DNA of 64,000 bases, taken from assembly GCA_038043525.1 (NCBI GenBank), contig JBBTBW010000002.1:57315-121314 (forward strand). Reading direction: 5' to 3'. The notes under the pieces are model-generated. The model was not told where the DNA came from. It saw only the letters and a list, made by a program, of their open reading frames with translations, and did no database searches. Both the position numbers and the translations under genes were made by a program. The stretch is from Deltaproteobacteria bacterium. Its GTDB lineage: Bacteria; Desulfobacterota; GWC2-55-46. Shown piece after piece: positions 37,431 to 47,132 of this stretch. Every line of letters starts with the position of its first letter. Position 1 is the first letter of the stretch.

Positions 37431-38032
37431 TACCCCTGAAGATAAATCTCGAATCCGTGATGAAGCTTCCTCTTCAGAAGAGGGTGCTGATACTCGCCGG
37501 CGTGAACGTGATCATCATCGCGCTCATCTTCTGGCTGCTTGTCCTGCCAAAGCACGAGGAGTCTGCGAACCTTAAGGTGCGCCTCGCGGACCTGACTATC
37601 AGATTGAACGAGAGCAGGGCGATAGCCTCCGACATACCGAAGTTCCTGCGCGAGAAAGAAGATATGGAAAATATGCTGAAGGCCGCTGTCGCCCAGCTTC
37701 CGAACGACAAGGAGATACCCGATCTGATCGAAAGCATCAGTAGGGCAGGCGTCAAGTCCGGGCTGAAGGTGCTTCTCTTCAGGCCTTCCGCCGAGGTCCC
37801 CAAGGGCTTCTACGCCGAGGTGCCTGTGACTATGTCCGTGGAAGGCAGGTTCGAGAGCCTCTATGAGTTCAGCGCGAAGGTCGGCGAGATGCCGAGAATA
37901 GTCAATATAGCCGGGATGGACATAAACTCGACCGGACACAAGAACAGGGTCCCGATGCTCAAGGCCAACTTCGTGGCAACGACCTTCAGGTTCATACCGA
38001 CTCCAGCGCCTGAGGAAGAGACGAGGAAATGA
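37427..38032 (+). CDS. pilO: type IV pilus assembly protein PilO
   Basis: Single TM, coiled coil, ferredoxin-like C-terminus (IPDLIESISRAG...VPVTMSVEGRF...RIVNI). Position between pilN and pilP. ATG 37460 is an alternative start. Confidence 0.8.
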   Translation: MIPLKINLESVMKLPLQKRVLILAGVNVIIIALIFWLLVLPKHEESANLKVRLADLTIRLNESRAIASDIPKFLREKEDMENMLKAAVAQLPNDKEIPDLIESISRAGVKSGLKVLLFRPSAEVPKGFYAEVPVTMSVEGRFESLYEFSAKVGEMPRIVNIAGMDINSTGHKNRVPMLKANFVATTFRFIPTPAPEEETRK

Positions 38033-38574
38033 TGGAAATAAGGTATAAGATGATGATAGCGGCGCTCTGCCTGCCGCTCCTTCTGGTCTCTTGCGGAAAG
38101 GAAGAGGCTACGCAGGCCCAAGCACCGAAGCAGGCCGCCCATGCAGGCAAGGCGCAGGCGGCAGCCGGGCAGGGAATCGAAACAGCCGCCGCTCTTCATG
38201 TGACAGCAGAGCATCCGGCCAGAAACCCGTTCCAGAGTCATATCGTACTTATGAAGGGCGCTGAGGCCGCCGTTAAGAAGGTGGTCAAAGGGCCGCTCGA
38301 GTGCTGTGAGCTGAGCCTCTTCAGGCTTATGGCTGTTGTAAGCAGCTCTGAGAACTCCTTTGCGCTCGTGCTGTCGCCTGATTCCAAGAGGTATGTCATA
38401 CGCCGCGGCGATAAGATCGGGTCGAATGAAGGCAAGGTCATTAAGATCGGCAACAACAAGGTTACCGTCAGGGAGCCTAATAAGGACGAGAAGGGCAACA
38501 TCCTGTCGACGACTGACACGGAGATGACCCTGCCGACTGAAAAAGCAAATGAGCGCGTCCCTGGCAGAAGGTAG
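38029..38574 (+). CDS. pilP: PilP-like pilus assembly lipoprotein
   Basis: Lipobox LLVSC, a low-complexity linker, and a C-terminal beta domain (YVIRRGDKIG...GKVIKIGNNKVTV). Position upstream of the secretin gene. Confidence 0.65.
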   Translation: MMEIRYKMMIAALCLPLLLVSCGKEEATQAQAPKQAAHAGKAQAAAGQGIETAAALHVTAEHPARNPFQSHIVLMKGAEAAVKKVVKGPLECCELSLFRLMAVVSSSENSFALVLSPDSKRYVIRRGDKIGSNEGKVIKIGNNKVTVREPNKDEKGNILSTTDTEMTLPTEKANERVPGRR

Positions 38575-38662
38575 CTGCGGCTGCGGTTTCGCCCCTGAGC
38601 GCGGTTTTACAAGCGACAGGGTGTTTTTAAAATAGTAGTCAGACAGCGATACGGAGGACTGT

Positions 38663-41578
38663 ATGCGTAATCCAGATAATAGATTCAGGCTCGGGCTTGC
38701 CGGCATCATACTCGGCGGGGCCGTGGTCCTTACAGGATGCGCCTCGACAGGGCCCAAAGGCAACGAAGGGCCAAAGAGCGCCGCCGAACAGAAGGTAGCG
38801 GCAGAGCCTGCGAAGCAGGCGGCTTCTGTCGAGTATATAAACGTCGTAGGCGACGGAGACCGCGTAATGATCGGCGCGTCTGCTTCCATCAAGTACACGG
38901 CCTTCAAGCTCTCGGACCCTTCGAGGCTGATCATAGATATGCCCGGAGTCGATCTGGCCAAGATAGATTCGGCCATCAAGGTCGATAACGATTTTCTCAA
39001 AGAGATCGTCTCGGTAAGCTACGGCGCCTCTAAAGAGATAGGCCGCATCACTATAAGCCTGAAAGACGGCGTAGAGCACGAGGTGAGGTCAGGCGATAAG
39101 TCGATACTAGTCTCCCTTAAAAAGAGCGAGGTTCCGACCGTTGACGCAAATGCATCGGCCATGAAGGCGGCTTCTGCTGAGGCGGCGGCAAACGCCGAGT
39201 ACGCGGCTGAACCTATTCCTGTCGTAGAGGCCGCGCCTGTAGCTCCTGAAGAGGCTCCTGCACCGGCCCTTATTCAGGATAAGGCAAAGGCCCTGGCCCC
39301 TGCCACCCGCATACTCAAGGTAGAGTCTGCCAACTACGGTGAGAACACGGTTGTCAGGATAATCACCGATGGCGACGTGAGCAACTTCAAATCATTCAGC
39401 CTTGACGGCCCGTCAAGGATAGTAGTTGACATCTGGGGCGTATCCAACGGCGTAGGCAAAGGCAGCGTCAGGCTGGCGGATAAGTATGTCAAGGCGGTCA
39501 GGATCGGCGGCCATGATGATAAATCAAGGCTCGTCTTCGATTCAAACGGTAAGACTTTGCCTCCTCACTCGATTGCAAGGGTCAATGATACGATAGTCCT
39601 GACTCTCGGGCCGAAGATCAAGCAGGAAGAGAAGAATGCTTCGGCAAAGGCCGCGGCGCCTGTTGCCGCTATAGCGCCTGTCTCTTATAAGGCTCCTGAG
39701 ACGCCTGTGACAGTTGCAAAGAACTCAGGTCCGACCTCTTCCGAGGCGCCTGCTTCAGTCAAGATCGACGAGGCTCAGACTACTAAGAAGATGGTCATAG
39801 CGAAGGCCGAGGAACCTACCACTGTAAAGCAGGAGATGCCTGCCGCGCAGGCCTCAGTTGCGACAGAAGGGACTATAGTCGAGGACGTAGACTTCAGGAG
39901 AACGGGTGATAAGGGAAGGCTTTCTATCTCTTTGTCAGCCAAGTCCGTTCATTCTGTGCAGGAATCACAGGACGGAAAGACTGTCATCATCGATATAAAG
40001 GGCGCGAAGGTCCCTGAGCATCTCTCCAGGACGCTTGATGCTACAAAGCTGAAGACAGCTGTAGCGGCCATAAGCTCGTATAATGAGGGCGACAGCGCGC
40101 GGGTGATGGTCAAGCTCATAGAGAAGACGCCGTTTGAGGTTACTACTGTCAATGGCACCATCAATCTCGAGTTCGCGGCTGTAGCGATGGCAGAGGGCGC
40201 GAACGGCACGAAGATGGAAGTGTCCAAAGCCATTGAAACGAAGAGAGAGTATATCGGAAAGCGCATAGACCTTGATATGGTCGACGCCAACATAGCCGAC
40301 GTTCTCAGGCTTCTGGCCGAGGTGAGCAACTTAAATATTATAGCCTCTGATGATGTGAAGGGTCAGGTATCCATACGCCTCAAGGATGTGCCGTGGGATC
40401 AGGCGTTTGAGATAATACTCAAGTCAAAGGAGCTGGGGTCAGTGCGCGAGGGCAATGTGGTAAGGGTTGCCCCGGCAAGTAAGCTCAGGCAGGAAACAGA
40501 GGCGGCCCTGGCCTCAAAGAAGGCGCAGGAGAAGCTAGAACCGCTGGAGATAAAGTTCATCCCCATCAACTACGCAAAGTCCGATGAGCTCTTGAAGCAG
40601 GTAAAGGGCGTGCTTTCGGAGAGGGGCACCGTTGAGGAAGACAAGCGCACCAACACGCTGATAGTCAAGGATGTCAAGCTGCACATAGCGGCGGCTGATA
40701 ACCTCGTCTCAAGGCTTGATACGCGCGTGCCGCAGGTGCTCATTGAAGCGCGCATCGTCGAGGCCTCGAGCAGTTTCGCGAGGGACTTGGGCATCCAGTG
40801 GGGCATCGACTTTAGGAACGGCACGAACAGGCGTGTTAATACTTTCGGTTCGACCACACAGGTCGGCCAGGCCGGTATCGACCCGAGCCAGCAGACGATG
40901 ACGTTTACGGACGACTCTGTTGCGTACCCTGTCACGAAGCAGAAGTTCTCAGCTGACGCAGGCGCCACCAACTACGCGGTCAACATGCCTGCCACAGGCA
41001 CCGCAGGCACACTCGGCGCGATAGGATTTCTCCTGGGTAAGACGACAGGGACAAACCCGATGATACTTGACTTGAGGCTCTCTGCCGGCGAATCAGCCGG
41101 TATGCTCAAGACCATATCAAGGCCGCGCATCACCACAATGGATAATAAGGAAGCGAAGATCGAGCAGGGCGAGTCTATACCGTTCGAGACCACTTCGGCA
41201 TCAGGGACAGCGACGTCTTTTGTCGACGCGAACCTCTCGCTCACCGTCACGCCGCACATAACCCCTGACGGAAGCGTTCTGATGAAGATAAAGGCGTCGC
41301 GTAACTCTATCGGCACGTTCAGGACGTCGGCAGGCGCGCCTTCCATCAACAAGAAGGAGTCTCTGACAGAGGTCCTTGTCCGCGACGGCGAGACTACCGT
41401 CATAGGCGGCATCGTCATATCAGACAAGAACGACTCTGAAAGAGGCATACCGTTCTTAAAAGACATTCCGCTTCTAGGCTGGCTGTTTAAGAGCAGGTCG
41501 ATATCCGATTCACAGACAGAGCTTCTGATCTTCATCACACCGAACATCGTCAAAGAGAAAGAAAACATCGTAGGTTAG
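38663..41578 (+). CDS. pilQ: type IV pilus secretin PilQ with multiple N-terminal AMIN-like domains
   Basis: Lipobox VLTGC. Repeated AMIN-like modules (...PSRLIIDMPGV..., ...PSRIVVDIWGV..., ...KTVIIDIKGA...). Secretin C-terminus IPFLKDIPLLGWLFK...LLIFITP. Confidence 0.92.
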   Translation: MRNPDNRFRLGLAGIILGGAVVLTGCASTGPKGNEGPKSAAEQKVAAEPAKQAASVEYINVVGDGDRVMIGASASIKYTAFKLSDPSRLIIDMPGVDLAKIDSAIKVDNDFLKEIVSVSYGASKEIGRITISLKDGVEHEVRSGDKSILVSLKKSEVPTVDANASAMKAASAEAAANAEYAAEPIPVVEAAPVAPEEAPAPALIQDKAKALAPATRILKVESANYGENTVVRIITDGDVSNFKSFSLDGPSRIVVDIWGVSNGVGKGSVRLADKYVKAVRIGGHDDKSRLVFDSNGKTLPPHSIARVNDTIVLTLGPKIKQEEKNASAKAAAPVAAIAPVSYKAPETPVTVAKNSGPTSSEAPASVKIDEAQTTKKMVIAKAEEPTTVKQEMPAAQASVATEGTIVEDVDFRRTGDKGRLSISLSAKSVHSVQESQDGKTVIIDIKGAKVPEHLSRTLDATKLKTAVAAISSYNEGDSARVMVKLIEKTPFEVTTVNGTINLEFAAVAMAEGANGTKMEVSKAIETKREYIGKRIDLDMVDANIADVLRLLAEVSNLNIIASDDVKGQVSIRLKDVPWDQAFEIILKSKELGSVREGNVVRVAPASKLRQETEAALASKKAQEKLEPLEIKFIPINYAKSDELLKQVKGVLSERGTVEEDKRTNTLIVKDVKLHIAAADNLVSRLDTRVPQVLIEARIVEASSSFARDLGIQWGIDFRNGTNRRVNTFGSTTQVGQAGIDPSQQTMTFTDDSVAYPVTKQKFSADAGATNYAVNMPATGTAGTLGAIGFLLGKTTGTNPMILDLRLSAGESAGMLKTISRPRITTMDNKEAKIEQGESIPFETTSASGTATSFVDANLSLTVTPHITPDGSVLMKIKASRNSIGTFRTSAGAPSINKKESLTEVLVRDGETTVIGGIVISDKNDSERGIPFLKDIPLLGWLFKSRSISDSQTELLIFITPNIVKEKENIVG

Positions 41579-41594
41579 TAGATACTTGACCGGT

Positions 41595-41630
41595 AAACGC
41601 ACCCCGCTCGCGCGGGGTGCGTTTTTTGTT
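41595..41630 (+). terminator. intrinsic terminator after pilQ
   Basis: 13-bp stem AAACGCACCCCGC / GCGGGGTGCGTTT, 4-nt loop, T-rich tail. Confidence 0.85.
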
Positions 41631-41721
41631 GGCTTTTTACGGGTAAATCTGAAAAAATAAGGGGCGATTACAGTTCCACTTGGCCCGCAAAATAACAGCA
41701 TACCGATATGGATGAAAAACC

Positions 41722-42924
41722 ATGCTAAGATACCTCTCTTCAGGCGAATCTCACGGAAAAGAACTGACAGCTATCATCGAGGGCATGCCCTCCGGGCTAC
41801 CTGTAAACGCAGAGTGCATAGACTCTGATCTTAAGAGGAGGCAGGGCGGGTACGGCAGGGGCGGCAGGATGCTGATCGAATCCGACAGGGTCGAGATAAC
41901 CGCCGGCGTCAGGTGGGCAAGGACCATCGGTTCACCTATAGCCCTTAAAGTCGAAAACCGCGACTGGGAAAACTGGAAGCAGATCATGGCCTCAGGCATC
42001 CCTGATATCTTTGATAGGACAAAAGACGTGACACGGCCGAGGCCGGGGCACGCTGATCTTGCGGGCGCGCTAAAGTACGACCAGCGTGATATCAGAAATA
42101 TCCTTGAAAGGTCGAGCGCGAGAGAGACCGCTGTGCGTGTCGCGGTCGGCGCGGTTGCCAAGAGGCTTCTCTCCGAGTTCGGCATAAACGTCATGAGCTG
42201 GGTCGTTGAAATAGGCGGCGCAAAGTGGGTCCGCACCGGTAAGACCGCTCCGGCAGGGCTCTTTAAGAAGGCCGAGGCATCAGAGGTGAGGTGCCCTGAC
42301 ATCAAGGCGACTGTACTCATGAAGACGCGGATAGATGAGGCTAGAAAGGCCGGAGACAGCCTCGGCGGCGTATTCGAGGTCGTCTTGACAGGTCTTCCTC
42401 CCGGGCTCGGAAGCCATGTGCAGTGGGACAGGAAGCTAGATGGCAGGTTCGCCCAGGCTCTTATGTCGGTACAAGCGATAAAGGGCGTAGAGGTCGGCAT
42501 AGGATTCGGCGCCGGTTCCATACCTGGATCAAAAGTCCATGACGAGATATTTTATTCAAAGAGTATAAAGCCTGAAGGAAAAGGGTTTTGGAGCGGGCCG
42601 GGGCAGTTTTCAAGAAAGACCAATAACGCCGGCGGCATAGAAGGCGGCATGTCCAACGGAGAGCCGGTAGTCTTAAGAGCCGTTATGAAGCCGATACCGA
42701 CGCTTTACAAGCCTCTGAGGTCTGTTGATATAGAGACGAAAAAACCGTTCAAGGCGTCAATCGAAAGATCGGACATCTGCGCCGTGCCTGCCGCATCGGT
42801 CGTTGCCGAGGCCGCTGTTGCCTTTGAGGCGGCAAGGGCCTTCCTTGAAAAGTTCGGTGGCGATTCGATAAAAGAGATAGAGCGGAATTACCGCGGGTAT
42901 CTTGGCCAGATAAAGGCTTTTTGA
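41722..42924 (+). CDS. aroC: chorismate synthase
   Basis: N-terminus [25 protein letters not shown], then RPGHADL, and a full-length AroC pattern. Confidence 0.95.
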   Translation: MLRYLSSGESHGKELTAIIEGMPSGLPVNAECIDSDLKRRQGGYGRGGRMLIESDRVEITAGVRWARTIGSPIALKVENRDWENWKQIMASGIPDIFDRTKDVTRPRPGHADLAGALKYDQRDIRNILERSSARETAVRVAVGAVAKRLLSEFGINVMSWVVEIGGAKWVRTGKTAPAGLFKKAEASEVRCPDIKATVLMKTRIDEARKAGDSLGGVFEVVLTGLPPGLGSHVQWDRKLDGRFAQALMSVQAIKGVEVGIGFGAGSIPGSKVHDEIFYSKSIKPEGKGFWSGPGQFSRKTNNAGGIEGGMSNGEPVVLRAVMKPIPTLYKPLRSVDIETKKPFKASIERSDICAVPAASVVAEAAVAFEAARAFLEKFGGDSIKEIERNYRGYLGQIKAF

Positions 42925-43086
42925 TAACGCCAGATCCAGTCCCGATATTTTTATGACTTGTTTATGACTTGCCGCGGCAGTATCCGTCCGGTGTCAGCTT
43001 CGAGTATATTTCAGCGATAGGGCTGTATGATCATCAAAACCCCTTGGCCAGAGGGCGCAAGGGGTTTATACTATCAAGATCGGATT

Positions 43087-43608
43087 ATGGCGAACATAGT
43101 ACTGACCGGTTTCATGGCTACCGGCAAATCGACTGTAGGCAGGGCGCTTGCAAAGGCGCTTGGACTGAGCTTTGTTGATATGGATTCCCTTATCGAGAAA
43201 GAGGCCGGTCTTTCTGTCGCCGATATCTTCAAGGAGTACGGAGAGCCTTTTTTCAGGGCGGCGGAGGTCTCGGTAGTCAGAAGGCTTGCCAATGGTGAAT
43301 ACGGCACGGGCCTCGTAGTCTCTACGGGCGGCGGCGTTGTAGCCGACCCTGCGAACAGGGCGGCCCTCAAAGGCTGGGCAACCGTGATATGCCTGTCAGC
43401 GTCGGTGGATGAGATACTGAGAAGGGTTGGCGCAAGGGCTGACAGGCCCCTTCTTGACGTGGCTGACAGGAGAGAGCGGGTCGAGAGGCTTCTGGCCGAG
43501 AGGGCCGAGGCGTACATCGATTGTCATCTCGTTATAGATACGACAGGCAAGTCTGTCGATGAGATAGCAGGTAAGATAATCGCATATTTGCGCGAAGGGG
43601 CGCGTTGA
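43087..43608 (+). CDS. aroK: shikimate kinase
   Basis: Walker A GFMATGKST and FR..E motif (FFRAAE). ATG 43087 is preferred over the track's 43027. Confidence 0.9.
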   Translation: MANIVLTGFMATGKSTVGRALAKALGLSFVDMDSLIEKEAGLSVADIFKEYGEPFFRAAEVSVVRRLANGEYGTGLVVSTGGGVVADPANRAALKGWATVICLSASVDEILRRVGARADRPLLDVADRRERVERLLAERAEAYIDCHLVIDTTGKSVDEIAGKIIAYLREGAR

Positions 43609-43611
43609 ACG

Positions 43612-44685
43612 ATGGTCAGAGAGATAATCGTAGAGCTTGGTGAAAGGTCGTATCCGATAGTCATAAAAAACGGTATCCTGGCTGAGGCCGGACCCCGCAT
43701 GAAAGATGCAGGGCTCAAAGGGAAGGCGGCCGTTGTTACGAACCCTCTTGTCGGCGGCCTCTACGCAGGCAAGGTCATGGAATCCCTTGAAGGCGCGGGG
43801 TTTTCGCCGTTTCTTGTAACTGTGCCTGACGGCGAGGAGTACAAGACGCTCAAAGAGGTCTCCTCCATATATGACAGCCTTATCAGCCGGAGGATGGAGA
43901 GGTCTTCACCTGTAGTCGCGCTCGGAGGCGGCGTAATAGGCGACATGACGGGCTTTGCCGCGGCGACGTATCTGCGCGGCGTGCCGTATATTCAGATTCC
44001 GACGACGCTACTATCTCAGGTGGATAGTAGCGTCGGAGGCAAGACCGGCGTCAACCATACGATGGGAAAAAACCTGATCGGCGCGTTTTACCAGCCGAAG
44101 GGCGTCTACATAGACCCGGTAGTCTTGTCAACGCTCGCGCCGAGGGAGCGCGTATCAGGTCTTGCCGAGGTCGTCAAGTACGGCGTGATATGGGATGCGG
44201 GTTTCTTCGAGTCGCTTGAAAAAAACGCCGGAAGGCTCTGTGAGAACGGCGCTGAACTTGAGGACGCAATAGAGCGTTCATGCGGGATAAAGGCCGAGGT
44301 CGTAGGCGCTGACGAGAGGGAGGGCGGGACAAGGGCCATCCTTAACTTCGGCCACACCTTCGGCCACGCGATAGAGGCCCTTTCAGGTTACGGCACATTC
44401 AGGCACGGCGAAGCTGTAGCCATAGGCATGGTCATGGCAAGCGGTCTCTCAGCCAGCCTCGGTCTTTGCCGGCCTGATCAGGCAGAGAGGGTCAAGGGGC
44501 TTATAGGCGCCCTCGGGCTGCCGATAGAGCCGCCTGCTATAACAGCCGACGCGTTTATCGAGGCGATGATGCTTGACAAAAAGGTCTCTGGTTCGCGTAT
44601 GAGATTTGTCCTTATGACGGATATCGGCGACGTCGTTATAAAAGAGGTCACAGCTTCAGAGTTAAAGAGATTTTTAAACGCCTGA
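43612..44685 (+). CDS. aroB: 3-dehydroquinate synthase (type I)
   Basis: Motifs GGGVIGDMTGFAAATYLRG, DSSVGGKTGVN and NFGHTFGHA. Confidence 0.95.
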   Translation: MVREIIVELGERSYPIVIKNGILAEAGPRMKDAGLKGKAAVVTNPLVGGLYAGKVMESLEGAGFSPFLVTVPDGEEYKTLKEVSSIYDSLISRRMERSSPVVALGGGVIGDMTGFAAATYLRGVPYIQIPTTLLSQVDSSVGGKTGVNHTMGKNLIGAFYQPKGVYIDPVVLSTLAPRERVSGLAEVVKYGVIWDAGFFESLEKNAGRLCENGAELEDAIERSCGIKAEVVGADEREGGTRAILNFGHTFGHAIEALSGYGTFRHGEAVAIGMVMASGLSASLGLCRPDQAERVKGLIGALGLPIEPPAITADAFIEAMMLDKKVSGSRMRFVLMTDIGDVVIKEVTASELKRFLNA

Positions 44686-44723
44686 CTTAGCATTCGCTTG
44701 CCCCGGGATAATCAAGTTATTCC

Positions 44724-45017
44724 TTGACTTATCGACGTTTTTTTAATAATTTTAATGGCGTAAAAGGGCTTCATGATGGTGCTGACTTGGCGAAGATAAA
44801 GGCCGGAGACGACATATTTTTCACCGTGACGATGGCCGAGGTGCTTGAAGGCCAGGGTCTTTATGAAGATGCCCTGATGATCTACAAGATACTGCTCGAT
44901 ACGGATCCGTCTGACGCCTCTTTGCCCGTGAGGATAGAGAGGCTTAAGGGGCTTGCCGGCAGGGGCAGGAAGGCAACTGTCAGACCGCGGCCTTCAAATG
45001 AAGGAGGCGGTGACTGA
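44724..45017 (+). CDS. hypothetical small protein with a single TPR-like helix pair
   Basis: ORF only. GQGLYEDALMIYKILLDTDP resembles a TPR unit. The start is uncertain (TTG 44724, TTG 44787 or ATG 44832). Its stop lies 2 nt before the Roadblock gene. Confidence 0.4.
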   Translation: MTYRRFFNNFNGVKGLHDGADLAKIKAGDDIFFTVTMAEVLEGQGLYEDALMIYKILLDTDPSDASLPVRIERLKGLAGRGRKATVRPRPSNEGGGD

Positions 45018-45019
45018 AT

Positions 45020-45379
45020 ATGTCTTTTCTTGAGATAATGCAGTCCCTGGTCGAGGCGGTCCCCGGGGCGCTTGCCGCCACCATCATGGGTATGGACGGC
45101 CTTACGATACAGCAGTACTGCCCTGGTGGTTATGACGTCGAGACCATAGGGGTAGAGTATGGCAAGGTCATAGAGGAGATAAAGCACGCATCAGGCGTAC
45201 TAAACCTCGGCAGTGTCGAAGAGGTCTGTGTCTCGACTGATGATACCTGTCTTGTTATCAGAATGGTCACCCAGGGATATTATATCGCGCTCGTACTCTC
45301 CTCAGAAGCGAATACCGGCAGGGCGCGGTTTTTATTGAGGTCCGCCGCTGTCAAGGCGGAAAAAGAGCTTTTTATCTGA
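45020..45379 (+). CDS. Roadblock/LC7 (MglB-like) domain protein
   Basis: 119 aa. The pattern ...PGALAATIMGMDGL...EEVCVSTDDTCLVIRMV...YYIALVLS is typical of the Roadblock/LC7 fold. Confidence 0.7.
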   Translation: MSFLEIMQSLVEAVPGALAATIMGMDGLTIQQYCPGGYDVETIGVEYGKVIEEIKHASGVLNLGSVEEVCVSTDDTCLVIRMVTQGYYIALVLSSEANTGRARFLLRSAAVKAEKELFI

Positions 45380-45499
45380 TGCTGGCGTCTTCTTTCAAGG
45401 GCTGATAGTCTTGTATAAGGGCATATCAAGGTCAAAGAGCAGTTAAACTGCAGAGCGGTGGTGGTCCTGAAAAAGAATGGCCTTGCTGATAAGCCTGAG

Positions 45500-46570
45500 A
45501 TGAAGACCGGCCGCCGCGTCAAGTCCCTGCGTCTTGAGCTTGAGAAGAGGTCGCTTGACGGTCTTCTTCTCACGGACATAAAGAACATCAGACACCTGAC
45601 AGGTTTTACAGGTTCAGCCGCCTTTGCGCTGATAACCATGGATAGCGCATGGTTTCTTACTGATTCGCGTTATACGGCCCAGGCCCGTCAGGAGGTAAAG
45701 GGCTTCAGGTTCAGGATATATAAAAAAGCCCTTGACGCGATAGTCGAGCTGGTAAAGGTCCAGCGTATAAAATCTCTCGGGTTCGAAGGCAACAACCTGA
45801 GTTATGATAATTATCTGAAGTTCAAGAAGGCCCTTGGCGCTGTGAGGCTGAGGTCAGTCCCTGAGATACCGGCAGGGCTGAGGCTTAGAAAAGACTCTGC
45901 CGAGATAGCGCGCATCAAAGCCTCGGCCGCGATACTCGACGCCGGATATCTGAAGGCGATGGAGGTAATAAGGGACGGCACTATTGAAAAGGACGCCGCC
46001 TTGCAGATCGAGATGGCGTTCAGGGAGGCAGGCGCCGACGGCCTTGCATTTGATACTATATTGGCATCAGGTCCGAGAGGGGCCCTGCCGCATGGCAGGG
46101 CATCTGATAAGCCTGTAAGGAAAGGCGAGCTTGTAGTAGTTGATATGGGGGTCGCAAAAGACGGATACAACTCAGATGAGACCCGCACTTTGTGCGTGGG
46201 AAAGGCAGGCAGGGAAGAGAAAAAGATCTACCAGATCGTAAAAGACGCTCAGGGGCGGGCTATAGATCTCATCAGGCCAGGTGTGCGCGCCGCCGCTGTG
46301 GATAAGGCGGCCAGGGGCTGTATCGAGGGTGCAGGATACGGCAGGTACTTCGGCCACGGGACGGGCCACGGGGTCGGCCTCGACGTGCATGAGGGCCCCA
46401 ATATCGGCCCAACGAGTACGGATGTGCTGGATGAGGGGATGGTCCTTACCGTAGAGCCTGGCATCTACATACCCGGATGGGGCGGCGTGAGGATAGAGGA
46501 CATGGTGCTTGTAGTAAAGGACGGCTTCGAGGTATTGACAGGAACAACAAAGGATTTAGTCTGCTTGTAA
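45500..46570 (+). CDS. Xaa-Pro aminopeptidase (M24 family)
   Basis: Creatinase-like N-domain plus M24 metal ligands (VVDMG, HGTGHGVGLDVHE, EPGIY, RIED). The start is ATG 45500 or GTG 45458. Confidence 0.85.
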   Translation: MKTGRRVKSLRLELEKRSLDGLLLTDIKNIRHLTGFTGSAAFALITMDSAWFLTDSRYTAQARQEVKGFRFRIYKKALDAIVELVKVQRIKSLGFEGNNLSYDNYLKFKKALGAVRLRSVPEIPAGLRLRKDSAEIARIKASAAILDAGYLKAMEVIRDGTIEKDAALQIEMAFREAGADGLAFDTILASGPRGALPHGRASDKPVRKGELVVVDMGVAKDGYNSDETRTLCVGKAGREEKKIYQIVKDAQGRAIDLIRPGVRAAAVDKAARGCIEGAGYGRYFGHGTGHGVGLDVHEGPNIGPTSTDVLDEGMVLTVEPGIYIPGWGGVRIEDMVLVVKDGFEVLTGTTKDLVCL

Positions 46571-46581
46571 TAGGAGGATAG

Positions 46582-47040
46582 ATGGACATCAAGGACATCA
46601 AGACGATATACAAGTTCCTGAGGGATACAGATATCGTCGAGTTCGAGCTGGAAGGAAAAGAAGGCAGGGTGAAGATCAGGAGAGGTTCAGTTTCGCAGGC
46701 AAGCGATGCTTTCGCCGCGCTTGCGCAGTCTGAGCCTGCCGGGCCGGCAAAGGTGGCCGCGGCCGAAGCGCCTGTCGTTGAGAAGAAGTCCGAGAACATC
46801 AAGGTCATGACCTCGCCGATGGTCGGGACATTCTACAGGGCGGCGTCTCCAGAGGCCCAGCCGTTCGTCGAAGTCGGCACGACCATCAAGAGCGGGCAGG
46901 CCCTTTGCATCATCGAGGCCATGAAGCTCATGAACGAGGTCGAAAGCGAGTTCAGCGGAAAGATAGTATCGATCCTCGTCGAGAACGGACAGCCTGTGGA
47001 GTACGGCGAGCCGCTCTTTCATGTAGAGGTCTCGAAGTAG
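46582..47040 (+). CDS. accB: acetyl-CoA carboxylase biotin carboxyl carrier protein
   Basis: Biotinylation motif EAMKLMNEV, an Ala/Pro-rich linker, 152 aa. Confidence 0.92.
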   Translation: MDIKDIKTIYKFLRDTDIVEFELEGKEGRVKIRRGSVSQASDAFAALAQSEPAGPAKVAAAEAPVVEKKSENIKVMTSPMVGTFYRAASPEAQPFVEVGTTIKSGQALCIIEAMKLMNEVESEFSGKIVSILVENGQPVEYGEPLFHVEVSK

Positions 47041-47132
47041 CGTTGCCGTCGGTTCGCAGCTGCACCAGAGGCAGGCTTTGATGATCACGGCTGATAAATC
47101 AAGCAATAATAGGAAAAGGTAAAAGGTCTTTT

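Noticed and set aside
36950-39000. Long antisense ORFs (36950..37939 -, 329 aa, and 37861..39000 -, 379 aa) opposite pilN, pilO, pilP and pilQ.
   Set aside because: They have low-complexity S/A/R/L-rich translations and no recognisable motifs, while the sense strand carries clear PilN/O/P/Q signatures. These are typical shadow ORFs in GC-biased coding DNA.
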